Shown here piece after piece: positions 19,743 to 29,484 of a stretch of DNA of 33,989 bases. The stretch lies in sequence record SRR22947725_6754, one strand, 5' to 3'. The notes beneath the pieces were generated by a model that did not search any database, was not told the DNA's origin, and worked only from the letters and a program-made list of their open reading frames with translations. Every line of letters begins with the position of its first letter. The stretch's first letter is position 1. Position numbers and translations under genes: made by a program.

Positions 19743-20492
19743 TCAGGAGTAAGCCCAGCCTCGGTCGACCAATAATTCCTGCCCAGTCATGGCAGCGCTG
19801 GCATCCGATGCAAGGAACATCGCGACCTCTGCAATTTCTGCTGGCTGAATGAGATCAGGCACGCATTGCGATTCTCGAATCATTTTTTTGACTCGTTTCG
19901 TCACAAATTGCTCCAGTTGTCTATTGGTCATGATCCAGCCAGGTGAAAGTGTGTTGACCCGAATTCCACGAGGGCCCAATTCCCTGGCTAGAGATCGCGT
20001 GAACCCGATGATCCCGCCCTTGGTGGCCACATACGCGGACATCTCAGTGGGGCCAATGTGAAAAGTGATACTTGAAAAATTGATAATGGAAGCCCCCTTT
20101 GACATTAAAGGCAAGGCCGATTGAGAGGTTAGAAAATACGCTTTTAAATTTCTCGCAAACAACTGATCCCATTGCTGACTTGTCATGGATTCAAACGGAA
20201 TCCGAGGATCGGCTGCTGCGTTGTTGACGAGCACATCAATCTTTTTCTCCTTGATGCCAATTTTTTTGATCCACGACCTCACGGAGCTCTCCCTCACAAG
20301 GTTCAACTTTTGAAAAATGACCTTTTCTTTCAATGTAGCGGCAAGTTGCTGCCCTGTTGTTTCATCCGAATCGCAGAAATAAACCTTCGCGCCCTGATGA
20401 CAAAACGATTCAACCATCGCTGCCCCGATACCGTTTGCACCGCCGGTAACCAAAACCACCTTACCGGAAAGATCTTTGTAAATCGCTGACAT
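19743..20492 (-). CDS. Short-chain dehydrogenase/reductase, D-xylose/aldose 1-dehydrogenase (XylB)-like
   Basis: SAIYKDL start, TGGANGIG, VLVNNAAADPR, YVATK (YxxxK), LARELGP, QC, FLASD and GW at the C-terminus. From recall, these resemble Caulobacter XylB. ATG at 20492 is preferred. Confidence 0.8.
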   Translation of the reverse strand: MSAIYKDLSGKVVLVTGGANGIGAAMVESFCHQGAKVYFCDSDETTGQQLAATLKEKVIFQKLNLVRESSVRSWIKKIGIKEKKIDVLVNNAAADPRIPFESMTSQQWDQLFARNLKAYFLTSQSALPLMSKGASIINFSSITFHIGPTEMSAYVATKGGIIGFTRSLARELGPRGIRVNTLSPGWIMTNRQLEQFVTKRVKKMIRESQCVPDLIQPAEIAEVAMFLASDASAAMTGQELLVDRGWAYS

Positions 20493-20553
20493 AAGAATTA
20501 AATAATCTAAAAAAACTGAAGAAAACAACCTTCCAGCAGTGAAGGTTCCAAAA

Positions 20554-21495
20554 TTATATTTTTTCCAAGGAATACCTCCCAGATCGAGCACATGCCTCTC
20601 CATGAGCATTCCCGGTGTGCCAGGCGGCTATTTTTGCGCCTTTTTTATAAAATCCCCGCCGAACCAACTCGAGGATTCCAAAAAACATTTTCCCGGTATA
20701 AACGAGATCAAGGTCGAGTTTTTGGGAGGCTTGAAAATGCTCACAAAAACTGCGCAATGCTGCAGTGGATCTGGCATAACCCCCCATATGAAATTCCGTT
20801 TGAATCGACCAGTGACGATCCGACACCTCATATCCTTTTAACAACCTATGGATCTCTGAAACAAGAAAACCACCATTCTTGAGAGCAGAGAATCCTTGCA
20901 CTTGCGTGTTGGAGGTGGCGCCCAGCACCATCCCTGCCATTGTTCCTCCCGTACCTACTGAACAGCAAAAATAGTCATATTGCCCCCGAATGCGGCGGGT
21001 CATTTCGCTGGTTCCTTGAACGGCAAAAGAGCTTGAGCCCCCTTCAGGAAGGATCAGACAGGGGGACCAATCAAGCTTCAATTGGTCAAGATAATCAGAG
21101 TTGTTTTTTTGGCGGTAGCTTTCTCGACTGATGCCCTCCAACCGCATTCCCCAGTCCCTGGCCTGGGAGAGCACCGGATTGAGCTTACGGGACTCCTCTC
21201 CCCTGATGATGCCAACTGTCTCAAAACCAAACAAATGTCCAGCAGCAGCTACGGCCAGAATATGATTGGAATACGCCCCACCAAAGGTGACCAGCCTCGG
21301 GATTCCTTCCTTCTCTGCATGGATCAGCGCGTGTTTTAGTTTCCACCACTTGTTTCCGGCGATCATCGGATGAAACAGATCATCACGCACCACATCCAGA
21401 GACACTTGATGATCTTTCAATTCAGGCAAGGCAATGGGTTGCACAATTAAGGGAGCGTTCTCCAAATCAAAAAAACTGCAGACGGAACGCTTCAT
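20554..21495 (-). CDS. D-cysteine desulfhydrase / ACC deaminase family PLP enzyme
   Basis: RDDLFHPMIAGNKWWKLK, TFGGAYSNH, PEGGS, SVGTGGT, LDLVYTGK and HTG. The start overlaps the upstream stop (TGATG). Confidence 0.88.
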   Translation of the reverse strand: MKRSVCSFFDLENAPLIVQPIALPELKDHQVSLDVVRDDLFHPMIAGNKWWKLKHALIHAEKEGIPRLVTFGGAYSNHILAVAAAGHLFGFETVGIIRGEESRKLNPVLSQARDWGMRLEGISRESYRQKNNSDYLDQLKLDWSPCLILPEGGSSSFAVQGTSEMTRRIRGQYDYFCCSVGTGGTMAGMVLGATSNTQVQGFSALKNGGFLVSEIHRLLKGYEVSDRHWSIQTEFHMGGYARSTAALRSFCEHFQASQKLDLDLVYTGKMFFGILELVRRGFYKKGAKIAAWHTGNAHGEACARSGRYSLEKI

Positions 21496-22430
21496 CAATC
21501 GGCGCAAAGAAAAGCAGCACTAGCCATCAATAAAGCGCCGACTGGCACAACATCCTCGCGTAACTCTGCGAGACTGATGACAGGGCCTGGTTTGAGCGCT
21601 TCCATCAGATATTGGGAAAACTCAACGGTGACGCCTTTCAGCAAGGGTTGTCCCAGCAACGATAAGCCTCCTCCCAGGATGATCGCCTCCGGATGAAAAA
21701 GGTGTGTGACATGCGATAAAGCAAATGCCAGTGATTGCGATGTTTCCTTCAATATGGATTGAGCCAGCGGGCACTTTGCTTTGAGTGCATCACCTAAAAA
21801 TTCAGCCTCATTGGAGGAGCTGTTTCCGATGAGCTGCGCCAGGCAGCTATCAGGGCGCTCTTTGACCGCTTCTCGAATTTTACGATCAACTGCCCAGCCG
21901 GAACATTCCTGCTCGACGATCAATCCCGAACGATCAAGGCGGATGTGGCCGATCTCGCTTTCACTAGGCTTGGATCCATGATAGATGGCACCATCCACGA
22001 CAACTCCTCCTCCTACGCCACTCCCTAGTGTTACATAGAAAATGGGGTTACACCCCTTCCCTGCTCCTGCGAGAGCCTCTCCCAGGGCAGCAACATTAGC
22101 GTCGTTATCCATGATGACAGGCAAATCAGTAAGACTTTTAAGCCAATCTTTCATGGGGAATCCAGACCATCCACTTATATGGTGGGAACAGGCAATTTGA
22201 CCTCCCTCTCGATCCACCGGCCCACCAAAACCGACGCCAATACCAACGATGTTACCTTTCCTTCTCAAATAATTGGCCAATGCACCTTTGATTTGATCGC
22301 GTATGCCTTGCGCACCGGATGCTCGATCTACTTTGAATCGTTGGCGGTCAGTGATCTCCCCCTTGCAATTACCAAGCACAACCTGCAGCTTGGTCCCTCC
22401 AATTTCAATACCGATGAGCAACTGGTTCAT
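21495..22430 (-). CDS. ROK-family sugar kinase
   Basis: GIEIGGTK, GFGGPVD, NDANVAALGE, TLGSGVGGG, EIGH and IILGGG. No N-terminal HTH. Confidence 0.88.
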   Translation of the reverse strand: MNQLLIGIEIGGTKLQVVLGNCKGEITDRQRFKVDRASGAQGIRDQIKGALANYLRRKGNIVGIGVGFGGPVDREGGQIACSHHISGWSGFPMKDWLKSLTDLPVIMDNDANVAALGEALAGAGKGCNPIFYVTLGSGVGGGVVVDGAIYHGSKPSESEIGHIRLDRSGLIVEQECSGWAVDRKIREAVKERPDSCLAQLIGNSSSNEAEFLGDALKAKCPLAQSILKETSQSLAFALSHVTHLFHPEAIILGGGLSLLGQPLLKGVTVEFSQYLMEALKPGPVISLAELREDVVPVGALLMASAAFLCAD

Positions 22431-22505
22431 TTTGAAAACAAGTGCATGGGGTTCGATGAAAGTTGATACGGTTTCAGCATTTCTATCAGATGTTTCATGA
22501 GTTGA

Positions 22506-23597
22506 TCACAGACCTTCATCCTCCACCTTCTCAAAACGAATCCTGGAAACATCGCTTTCACCAAGCTCCAGCAAGCTAGCGTTCTGATAAAGCTGCATTG
22601 CAGAAGTATTTTCTTCCAATCCCGCTCGTCTTCGCTGCCTGTTGATTTCCATTATTGAAAGGACATCAAGCGCCACCGGGTCTCGGCTCATTCTGAGCTC
22701 TTTCAACATCGTTGAATATTGAAGAAACCCTCGTTCCTCGCCTTGGTATTGACAGATCAAAGCGTCCACTACGTTGAGTGCCAGTTTGTCATAAAGCTCG
22801 GGAATCGCACATATTTCCGGTATCGCCTGATGATATCGATCTGAGTCCAAGGTGAACCTCAAACTGTTATCCACACCTCCAGTCGCCAGGCCGACGATTT
22901 GACCGTTCACGCCTCCAAGGTAATGGTTCAGCATTGGATGTACTTGTATGATGCGCGTCAATTGATGGGTCAGGAGCTTTGAAACAAACGATTTACGCCC
23001 AACTCCCTTTTCATCTTTTCCAAATTCGTGATCCCCGAAGACAAGATTGCCGATTAAAGGCGCTTCATAAAATTTCTCGGGGTCATAGCCATGCTCGGAG
23101 CTACCCGCAATGGTCACCCCATGACGCTTGGCAATCAGATCGTATCCAGTGGCAACCAGGACTCCTTTGCGCCGGTCCCAAATGATGATTTGATCTTTAG
23201 GAAAGCCAATGGAAATGAGACTGCGAACAATGGCCTCCACCACCACAGGCCGGGTTCCACTTACACTCCCGGGATCAGAAAGGACCTTAATCCCAACGAT
23301 ATCAGTTCCATCCACATACTGAGCCCATGCCTCAGATAACTTGTTTTTGTTTGAATAGCTCAACAGCAGGCGGTTGAACATTTCATACACCACCTCTTCA
23401 TTAGGTGAAAACCTTTCGACAGCAGAGGGGTGACTGATCGCAACGACGCGGGATGAGTGCGAGAATTGGAGGGGATTTCCGGATTCTGTTGCATTCATGT
23501 TCATGATCAGGCACAGCCAGAACATGATGATGCCTGTGCCAGAGTTGGGGGGTATCTTAGAAGTATTACCCGAATATGGCTTTAATGGACGTTCCAT
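22506..23597 (-). CDS. DUF362-like domain protein, probably exported
   Basis: VGIKV...GTRPVVVEAIVRSL...G...IIIWDR, GVDNSLRF, LNVVDALICQYQG and SRDPVALD match the DUF362 pattern. A hydrophobic segment lies near the N-terminus. Confidence 0.65.
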   Translation of the reverse strand: MERPLKPYSGNTSKIPPNSGTGIIMFWLCLIMNMNATESGNPLQFSHSSRVVAISHPSAVERFSPNEEVVYEMFNRLLLSYSNKNKLSEAWAQYVDGTDIVGIKVLSDPGSVSGTRPVVVEAIVRSLISIGFPKDQIIIWDRRKGVLVATGYDLIAKRHGVTIAGSSEHGYDPEKFYEAPLIGNLVFGDHEFGKDEKGVGRKSFVSKLLTHQLTRIIQVHPMLNHYLGGVNGQIVGLATGGVDNSLRFTLDSDRYHQAIPEICAIPELYDKLALNVVDALICQYQGEERGFLQYSTMLKELRMSRDPVALDVLSIMEINRQRRRAGLEENTSAMQLYQNASLLELGESDVSRIRFEKVEDEGL

Positions 23598-23647
23598 GAT
23601 TGCGTTGGTATCTCATTTGGTGATAGTTTAATTCACCTCAAAGGTCA

Positions 23648-25489
23648 ATGCTGTCACTCATGAACCGATTAAAGCACAACACCCAGCTGAAAGTTAAACG
23701 CCGCGGAATGTCGTATGGATGGGTGCCGTTGCTTGCTGTTAGTCTGATGCTGGTCATGGCAGGCTGCACGCCCCCGGGAGCGGATGCACTCATGAATGGC
23801 AGGGAGCGCCTGGACAAAGGCGAAATTCAGGAAGCTATCAAAGCGTTTGAGAAAGCGACTAATTTCATGCCGGAATCGGCAAGGGCCTGGAATTATCTTG
23901 GCTTGGCGTATCATCGAGATGGTCAATTCATCGCTGCACGAGATGCCTACGACAAGTCCTGGAGCAAAGACGACAATCTGGCTCAGTCAAAATTCAACAA
24001 AGGTTGCCTCCTGTTGGAAACGGGACAATATGCATTGGCAATCACCCTCTTCAAAACATTCCAGATGCTAAAACCGCAATCAAGGGAAGTTCTCCCGAAA
24101 TTGGCACTGGCCTATTACGGTGAGGGGGAATTGGAAACTGCCAGATCCATTTATGAAGACATCCTTCGTCAAAACGAAAAAATGCCCAGTGCCTGGAATG
24201 GTATTGGGCTGATATTGGTTCAAGAGGGTAAATTCAGGGAGGCCTATGATTATTTCGATACGGCTTTAAAGCATCAGTCTAATTTTTCACCTTCTTTATT
24301 TAATCAGGGTGTCATCGCCTACCCCTCTCTGAAACGGCCTGACCTGGCGGTTAAGAAATTACGGGAGTTCACGTTTCAAGCGCCAGATTCGGCTTTGACT
24401 CCCAGGGCAAAATCCATGGCAAATTCATTGGAAGATCGTTTGCTAAGTAAAACTCCGCCGGAACCCGCCAACATGGAAGTTGCAATTCAAGACAAGACAA
24501 CTGTCAACTCCAATCAGGTAAACTCTCAAAAACCAAACCTCGAAACGCTCGAATCCACAAACCAGGCCGGATCCACAGAGACGACGGAGCCTGCAGTCGT
24601 CGTCATCCAGGATGAAGAGACTTCAAGCCCTCAAACCAATCTTGCGGAATTATCGGAATCCTCAGCTGCTGAAAAAGAACAGCCAGCAACCAACCCACAG
24701 TCTGAAACAAATCTTGCTGAAGTTCAGTCGGACATACCTGATCAGGAAAACGAGCCTGCACCTCCACGAGTAGACCCAGCAACTGAAACAAACCCTGCGA
24801 AACCCGGCGTAGATCAACCCATTGGGATGAGGACCGACAAGGCTGAATTGGTTACCAACCCAACAGAGGAAACTTTCACAATAACAAGCGATACAGATTT
24901 GAAAAAGGCAGGCAGCAAACCGCCTTTGGTGCGATCCTCACAGCCGGGCGTGACACCATTGCCTGAAGGGTTGCCCTTTAATCCTTACAAATACCTGCTG
25001 CCTGGAGCTCCTCTTCCAGGTAACCGAAATGAGGCTGCTTCATGGTTTAAAAAAGGCAACAGGGCATTCCAGCGGAATGATTATGAGGAAGCCGTTGAAG
25101 CATACGAAAAAGCCGTGGTAGAGGATCCGGCCTATTTTGAAGCCTACTTCAATCTAGGTTTGGCAGCTTTGAGAGGGGGGAATGCCGGTAAGGCTCTTCC
25201 TGCCTGCGAGCTTGCCCTGGCCATTCAACCAAATCATCGAGACTCCCGCTATAACCTCTCTTTGGCATTGGAAAAGCTGAACCACTTTCGTGATGCTGCG
25301 CGTGAATTGGAAACACTGCTCAAGGAAAATGCTGATGACACGCAAATCCTGATGCGCTTGGGCAATCTTTACTCAGAACCATTGCAACGCCCTGTTCGCA
25401 CAAGAGAGGTTTACAGCCATTTACTGAAGTTAAGTCCCGGTTCCCCTGAATCGAGAACAGCACAACGCTGGCTGTACGAAAATCCCTGA
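23648..25489 (+). CDS. Tetratricopeptide-repeat lipoprotein with two TPR blocks and a disordered linker
   Basis: Hydrophobic stretch with lipobox MAGC. TPR repeats (AWNYLGLAY, AWNGIGLIL, AYFNLGLAAL, RYNLSLAL) and a P/E/T/S/N/Q-rich middle. The start could be 23648, 23660 or 23708. Confidence 0.85.
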   Translation: MLSLMNRLKHNTQLKVKRRGMSYGWVPLLAVSLMLVMAGCTPPGADALMNGRERLDKGEIQEAIKAFEKATNFMPESARAWNYLGLAYHRDGQFIAARDAYDKSWSKDDNLAQSKFNKGCLLLETGQYALAITLFKTFQMLKPQSREVLPKLALAYYGEGELETARSIYEDILRQNEKMPSAWNGIGLILVQEGKFREAYDYFDTALKHQSNFSPSLFNQGVIAYPSLKRPDLAVKKLREFTFQAPDSALTPRAKSMANSLEDRLLSKTPPEPANMEVAIQDKTTVNSNQVNSQKPNLETLESTNQAGSTETTEPAVVVIQDEETSSPQTNLAELSESSAAEKEQPATNPQSETNLAEVQSDIPDQENEPAPPRVDPATETNPAKPGVDQPIGMRTDKAELVTNPTEETFTITSDTDLKKAGSKPPLVRSSQPGVTPLPEGLPFNPYKYLLPGAPLPGNRNEAASWFKKGNRAFQRNDYEEAVEAYEKAVVEDPAYFEAYFNLGLAALRGGNAGKALPACELALAIQPNHRDSRYNLSLALEKLNHFRDAARELETLLKENADDTQILMRLGNLYSEPLQRPVRTREVYSHLLKLSPGSPESRTAQRWLYENP

Positions 25490-25501
25490 TCCCTAGTTCT
25501 C

Positions 25502-27328
25502 ATGGCAGGTTTTTTAGGCCCCGAATTAGTTGAGCAGATCCGTCAGGCAAGCGACATTGTTGATGTTATTTCCTCCTATGTTCCGCTGAAGCGTGCTGGT
25601 GGCACCTTCAAGGCCTTATGTCCGTTCCACAACGAAAAAACCCCAAGTTTCAATGTCAATCCGCAGCGCCAGACTTTCCATTGTTTCGGTTGTCACAAGG
25701 GAGGAGATGTTTTTACTTTTGTTCGTGAATACGAGAATCTGAGTTTTTCCGAGGCCGCCGAAAGATTGGCTGATCGCGCGCACATCACCCTGGAAGTAAA
25801 TCAGGATCCACGTGCTGCGGAAAAAGCGGAGGTAAGGACGCTACTGCTGAAAATTCATGATGAACTCGCACACCATTGGCATCAATTGCTACTGAACGAT
25901 TCTCAAGGAGAAAAAGGACGCGCTTATCTCAAAGAACGAGGTGTTTCTGAGGAGGCTGTTAAGAAATTTCAGCTGGGCTATGCGCCCTTGACATGGGACG
26001 GTACTCTTCGATGGAGCCGAAGTCGCAAACACGATCCAAAGCTCCTGGAACAAGCTGGACTGGTCATTCGTAAAGAAGAGGGCAACGATTACTACGATAG
26101 ATTTCGCGGTCGATTAATGTTCCCAATCAATGACGTTCAAGGCCGCCCAATAGGTTTCAGCGGCAGGATCATTGAGGGTGATACCAGCAAGGGTGCTAAA
26201 TACGTCAATTCTCCCGAGACATTACTCTTCAAGAAGGGACAGGTCATCTATGGCCTTGATAAGGCTAAAAGAGCCATCCTGGATGCAAAATCTGCGGTTA
26301 TCTGTGAAGGTCAATTGGATCTGATCGCATGTCATACGGCTGGGATTGAAAACGTTGTCGCACCTCAGGGAACCGCTTTAACTCTCCAGCATGCAAGGCT
26401 TGTGAAGCGTTATGCGGATGAAATAGTGCTTTGCTTTGATTCGGATAAGGCAGGAACGGATGCCGCGTTGCGCTCCATGGATGATTTAATCAATTCAGGA
26501 TTGAACCTTCGCGTTGCAAACGTTCCCGCCCCCCATGACCCCGATAGCTTCATCGCAGAGCAAGGCTCTGACGCCTTCAGGGATCTGGTAACAAAGGCAG
26601 AAGGATTTTTCGATTTTCTACTCCGCTATTTGCATTCTGCTTTCCCCCAGGCATCGGATAAAGATCGCATGGCAATCGTACATGGAATGGGGACAGCTGT
26701 GATGAAAACGGGTAATGCTGTGCTGATCGATACTTACGCACAGAAGACGGCTCATCTTATCAATGTCGATGTCACTTCAATTCGAGCAGAGTTTAAAAAA
26801 ACCAATAGAGCTCCAGAGTTCTCATCGGGACCTCCATTGGAAGATATTCAAATTCCAGAAGAAGATTTCGAACCCCTGCCTCGTTGCTCCTCCAAGGAAT
26901 ATTGGCTGATGAAATGGGTCCTTACCGAGGAGGAGGAAGAACCTTTGGAATGGCTATTCGCTCACCTGGACCTTCAATGGGTGCGCCACCCTGTCGTCAA
27001 GGAGGTCCTGTTAGCGGCACTTGATGCCCATGCCGAACACAAAAAACCAGCAACTACGCTGATACTGCCGCAGTGCCAACACCCAGGAGCAGAAAGGTTT
27101 ATTACTGAAGCTGTGGCGGAAGCACACGAATTCCCGAATCGGGAGCGCCAATGCAGAGACTATGTCTTGTTGCTCAGGGACAAATATATTGAGCAGGAAA
27201 TTCAACGTCAAAAAAACCAGCTTGCATCGGACCAGGCCAGCGAAGAGAAACAATTGGAAATCACACGAGTGCTGATGGATTTACGCCGCTTGAAGGTGGA
27301 GCCTTTGTCACCCCTTGCTGATAGTTAG
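25502..27328 (+). CDS. dnaG: DNA primase
   Basis: Zn finger CPFHNEKTPSF...FHCFGC, YDRFRGRLMFPI, KYVNSPET, and TOPRIM motifs CEGQLD, CFDSDKAG and HDPD. Confidence 0.96.
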   Translation: MAGFLGPELVEQIRQASDIVDVISSYVPLKRAGGTFKALCPFHNEKTPSFNVNPQRQTFHCFGCHKGGDVFTFVREYENLSFSEAAERLADRAHITLEVNQDPRAAEKAEVRTLLLKIHDELAHHWHQLLLNDSQGEKGRAYLKERGVSEEAVKKFQLGYAPLTWDGTLRWSRSRKHDPKLLEQAGLVIRKEEGNDYYDRFRGRLMFPINDVQGRPIGFSGRIIEGDTSKGAKYVNSPETLLFKKGQVIYGLDKAKRAILDAKSAVICEGQLDLIACHTAGIENVVAPQGTALTLQHARLVKRYADEIVLCFDSDKAGTDAALRSMDDLINSGLNLRVANVPAPHDPDSFIAEQGSDAFRDLVTKAEGFFDFLLRYLHSAFPQASDKDRMAIVHGMGTAVMKTGNAVLIDTYAQKTAHLINVDVTSIRAEFKKTNRAPEFSSGPPLEDIQIPEEDFEPLPRCSSKEYWLMKWVLTEEEEEPLEWLFAHLDLQWVRHPVVKEVLLAALDAHAEHKKPATTLILPQCQHPGAERFITEAVAEAHEFPNRERQCRDYVLLLRDKYIEQEIQRQKNQLASDQASEEKQLEITRVLMDLRRLKVEPLSPLADS

Positions 27329-28263
27329 TTCTTTCTCAGGACCATTACCAAATTATCCGCCGCCAGCATCCTTGATAAAACGGATTCGACATTTCTGTAA
27401 GCGGCTTTCAAAGGGCGCATAAGGCCTGAACGCTTCCATCGGTTGGTGCGTTTAAGCAGTTTTGCTCTTTCGGCATCCGGAACTTCTTCTCGAAACTTCA
27501 AGGCGTCTTGAATGATTACTACCGGATTGAAATGCATGCTGGTGACTCGCTCAATCTTCCATCCACCCACACGCGCAACCATTTGACTGAGGGCAGCAGC
27601 CGAAAAATAATTCAAATGTTCAGTCATGATATACCTGTATCGGGGTCCGATACTGCGAATCGCGAGAGAATGAAGGTTAGGTACGAGAAGGATGCATATT
27701 CCTCCAGACGAAATCATGGAACCTGCCTTGGTGAGAAAGGCAGCAGGATCTGCCAAATGCTCCAAAACAGCCCAGAAAGTGATCGCATCGTAGTTTGCCT
27801 CAGTTACCGGCAATGAAAGGAATGGGGCCCGCAGGACAGTTACCCCTATTTTTTGAGCCTGATTTAATGCACCCTGGGAAACATCACAACCCATCGTTTC
27901 ATAGTCTCCCATTTCATGGAGTCCTTTGAGAAAGCCACCCGTTGAGCAACCAACGTCCAACACTTTACCGCTCGGAACCCATTGCCTTAAAAGGGCCCAC
28001 TCACGCTGAAACCTGACCGGATCATAATCCGACTTGAGCTTATCATCTGATAAGTAGAAGGATTCCGTGCGGTCTTCATAAAACTGCCCTGTGGCATACG
28101 ATTCCAGAACTTCAGGAATATAAACCATCCCACATCGCTGACAGGCCGCAAAATCAACATCGGACTTGCGCCATATTACTTCCAATTTGGTGCCAAGACA
28201 GGATGGACAAGCTCTGTGTAAGATGCCCTGATTTGTGTCGTTCATGGATTTGGATTGATTCAT
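27325..28263 (-). CDS. Class I SAM-dependent methyltransferase with N-terminal Zn ribbon
   Basis: CPSC...CQRC, VLDVGCSTG, YDAITFWAVLEHL and EHLNYFS. Its stop codon overlaps the dnaG stop (convergent genes). Confidence 0.85.
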   Translation of the reverse strand: MNQSKSMNDTNQGILHRACPSCLGTKLEVIWRKSDVDFAACQRCGMVYIPEVLESYATGQFYEDRTESFYLSDDKLKSDYDPVRFQREWALLRQWVPSGKVLDVGCSTGGFLKGLHEMGDYETMGCDVSQGALNQAQKIGVTVLRAPFLSLPVTEANYDAITFWAVLEHLADPAAFLTKAGSMISSGGICILLVPNLHSLAIRSIGPRYRYIMTEHLNYFSAAALSQMVARVGGWKIERVTSMHFNPVVIIQDALKFREEVPDAERAKLLKRTNRWKRSGLMRPLKAAYRNVESVLSRMLAADNLVMVLRKN

Positions 28264-28446
28264 TTAACCTTCACTCCCATCAAAATGCCAGATTTGTCAT
28301 TTCTATTCCAAAACAAGATAATTAAATCGATTTCAGATGGAATTCTGATTGCCATACAAATCTGGATCTATGATGATCGAGCACGTCAGAACATACTCGT
28401 CAATACATAGAACGAACAAGCATATCATCAACCTCTAACCACCTCT

Positions 28447-29355
28447 ATGAACACCCATTCAGACGCCCCTTCGGAAAACGATTCGCACGACATCATGGAA
28501 GAATGGGATGAATTTGTCAAAAAACGATACCCCACTCCAGCGAATCAGGACCCAACTGATTTCAACCCAACAGACCCGGAGAAAAAAGAATCTGAATTTC
28601 GTGATTATGAGAAAGAGGTGCGACCTAGTGTTCGCCGCTTTTATGAGGAAAATCACATCCATCAAACTTACGATTTCGTGATGGGCAAGAAAAAGGAGTT
28701 CACGGCATTCAACCGCAGAGAGATGGGTATTTGGGAGGCTGCAGAGTATCTGAATACCCTGGTTGATGATAGTGATCCAGACACCGATTTATCCCAACTG
28801 CAACACCTTCTGCAAACTTCCGAAGAAATCAGAAATGCGGGGCGCCCGCGCTGGATGATCCTTTCCGGATTCATACATGATCTCGGCAAGGTTTTGTGCC
28901 TGTATGGAGAACCTCAGTGGGCAGTGGTGGGCGACACGTTTCCAGTAGGCTGCGCCTTTTCTGACAAAATTGTTTTCCCTGAATTTTTCGACAAGAATCC
29001 GGACTTCAGAAATCCTGCATTGAATACCCGTCTGGGTGTTTATGAAGAAGGCTGCGGCCTGGACGAAGTCCACCTCTCATGGGGACATGATGAATATGTT
29101 TACCAAATCGCGAAGCCATATCTTCCCATGGAGGGGTTGTATATGCTGAGATACCACAGCTTCTATCCATGGCATCGCGAGGGAGAATATGATCATCTAT
29201 GCAATGAGACGGATCGCAAGATGCTGAAATGGGTGCAGGATTTTAATAAATATGACCTTTACACCAAGAGTCATGAAGTGCCTGATCCGGTCGCACTGAA
29301 ACCCTATTACGAGGACCTGATTGCTGAATTCTTTCCGGACAAACTCAAGTGGTAG
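28447..29355 (+). CDS. myo-Inositol oxygenase (HD-fold diiron enzyme)
   Basis: [52 protein letters not shown] and FNKYDLYTK are the MIOX family motifs. Confidence 0.92.
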   Translation: MNTHSDAPSENDSHDIMEEWDEFVKKRYPTPANQDPTDFNPTDPEKKESEFRDYEKEVRPSVRRFYEENHIHQTYDFVMGKKKEFTAFNRREMGIWEAAEYLNTLVDDSDPDTDLSQLQHLLQTSEEIRNAGRPRWMILSGFIHDLGKVLCLYGEPQWAVVGDTFPVGCAFSDKIVFPEFFDKNPDFRNPALNTRLGVYEEGCGLDEVHLSWGHDEYVYQIAKPYLPMEGLYMLRYHSFYPWHREGEYDHLCNETDRKMLKWVQDFNKYDLYTKSHEVPDPVALKPYYEDLIAEFFPDKLKW

Positions 29356-29484
29356 TCCCGCCGTGACAGCCTGCTGAGGTCTTGGGATTCAGGAAGACGC
29401 AGCGAAGACAGATGAAAAAAGATTATTCCTTGGCCAGGTGGAAAGTCAGTTGCGGCTTGCATGCACGATACGGGCTTGGAGGGA

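Noticed and set aside
20493..20609. Long N-terminal extension of the SDR
   Set aside because: It overlaps the upstream gene, and homology to XylB-type enzymes starts at MSAIY (20492).
29373..29403. Imperfect hairpin between the convergent MIOX and DUF2061 genes
   Set aside because: The stem is bulged and has no adjacent T-tract, so it is too weak to call a terminator.
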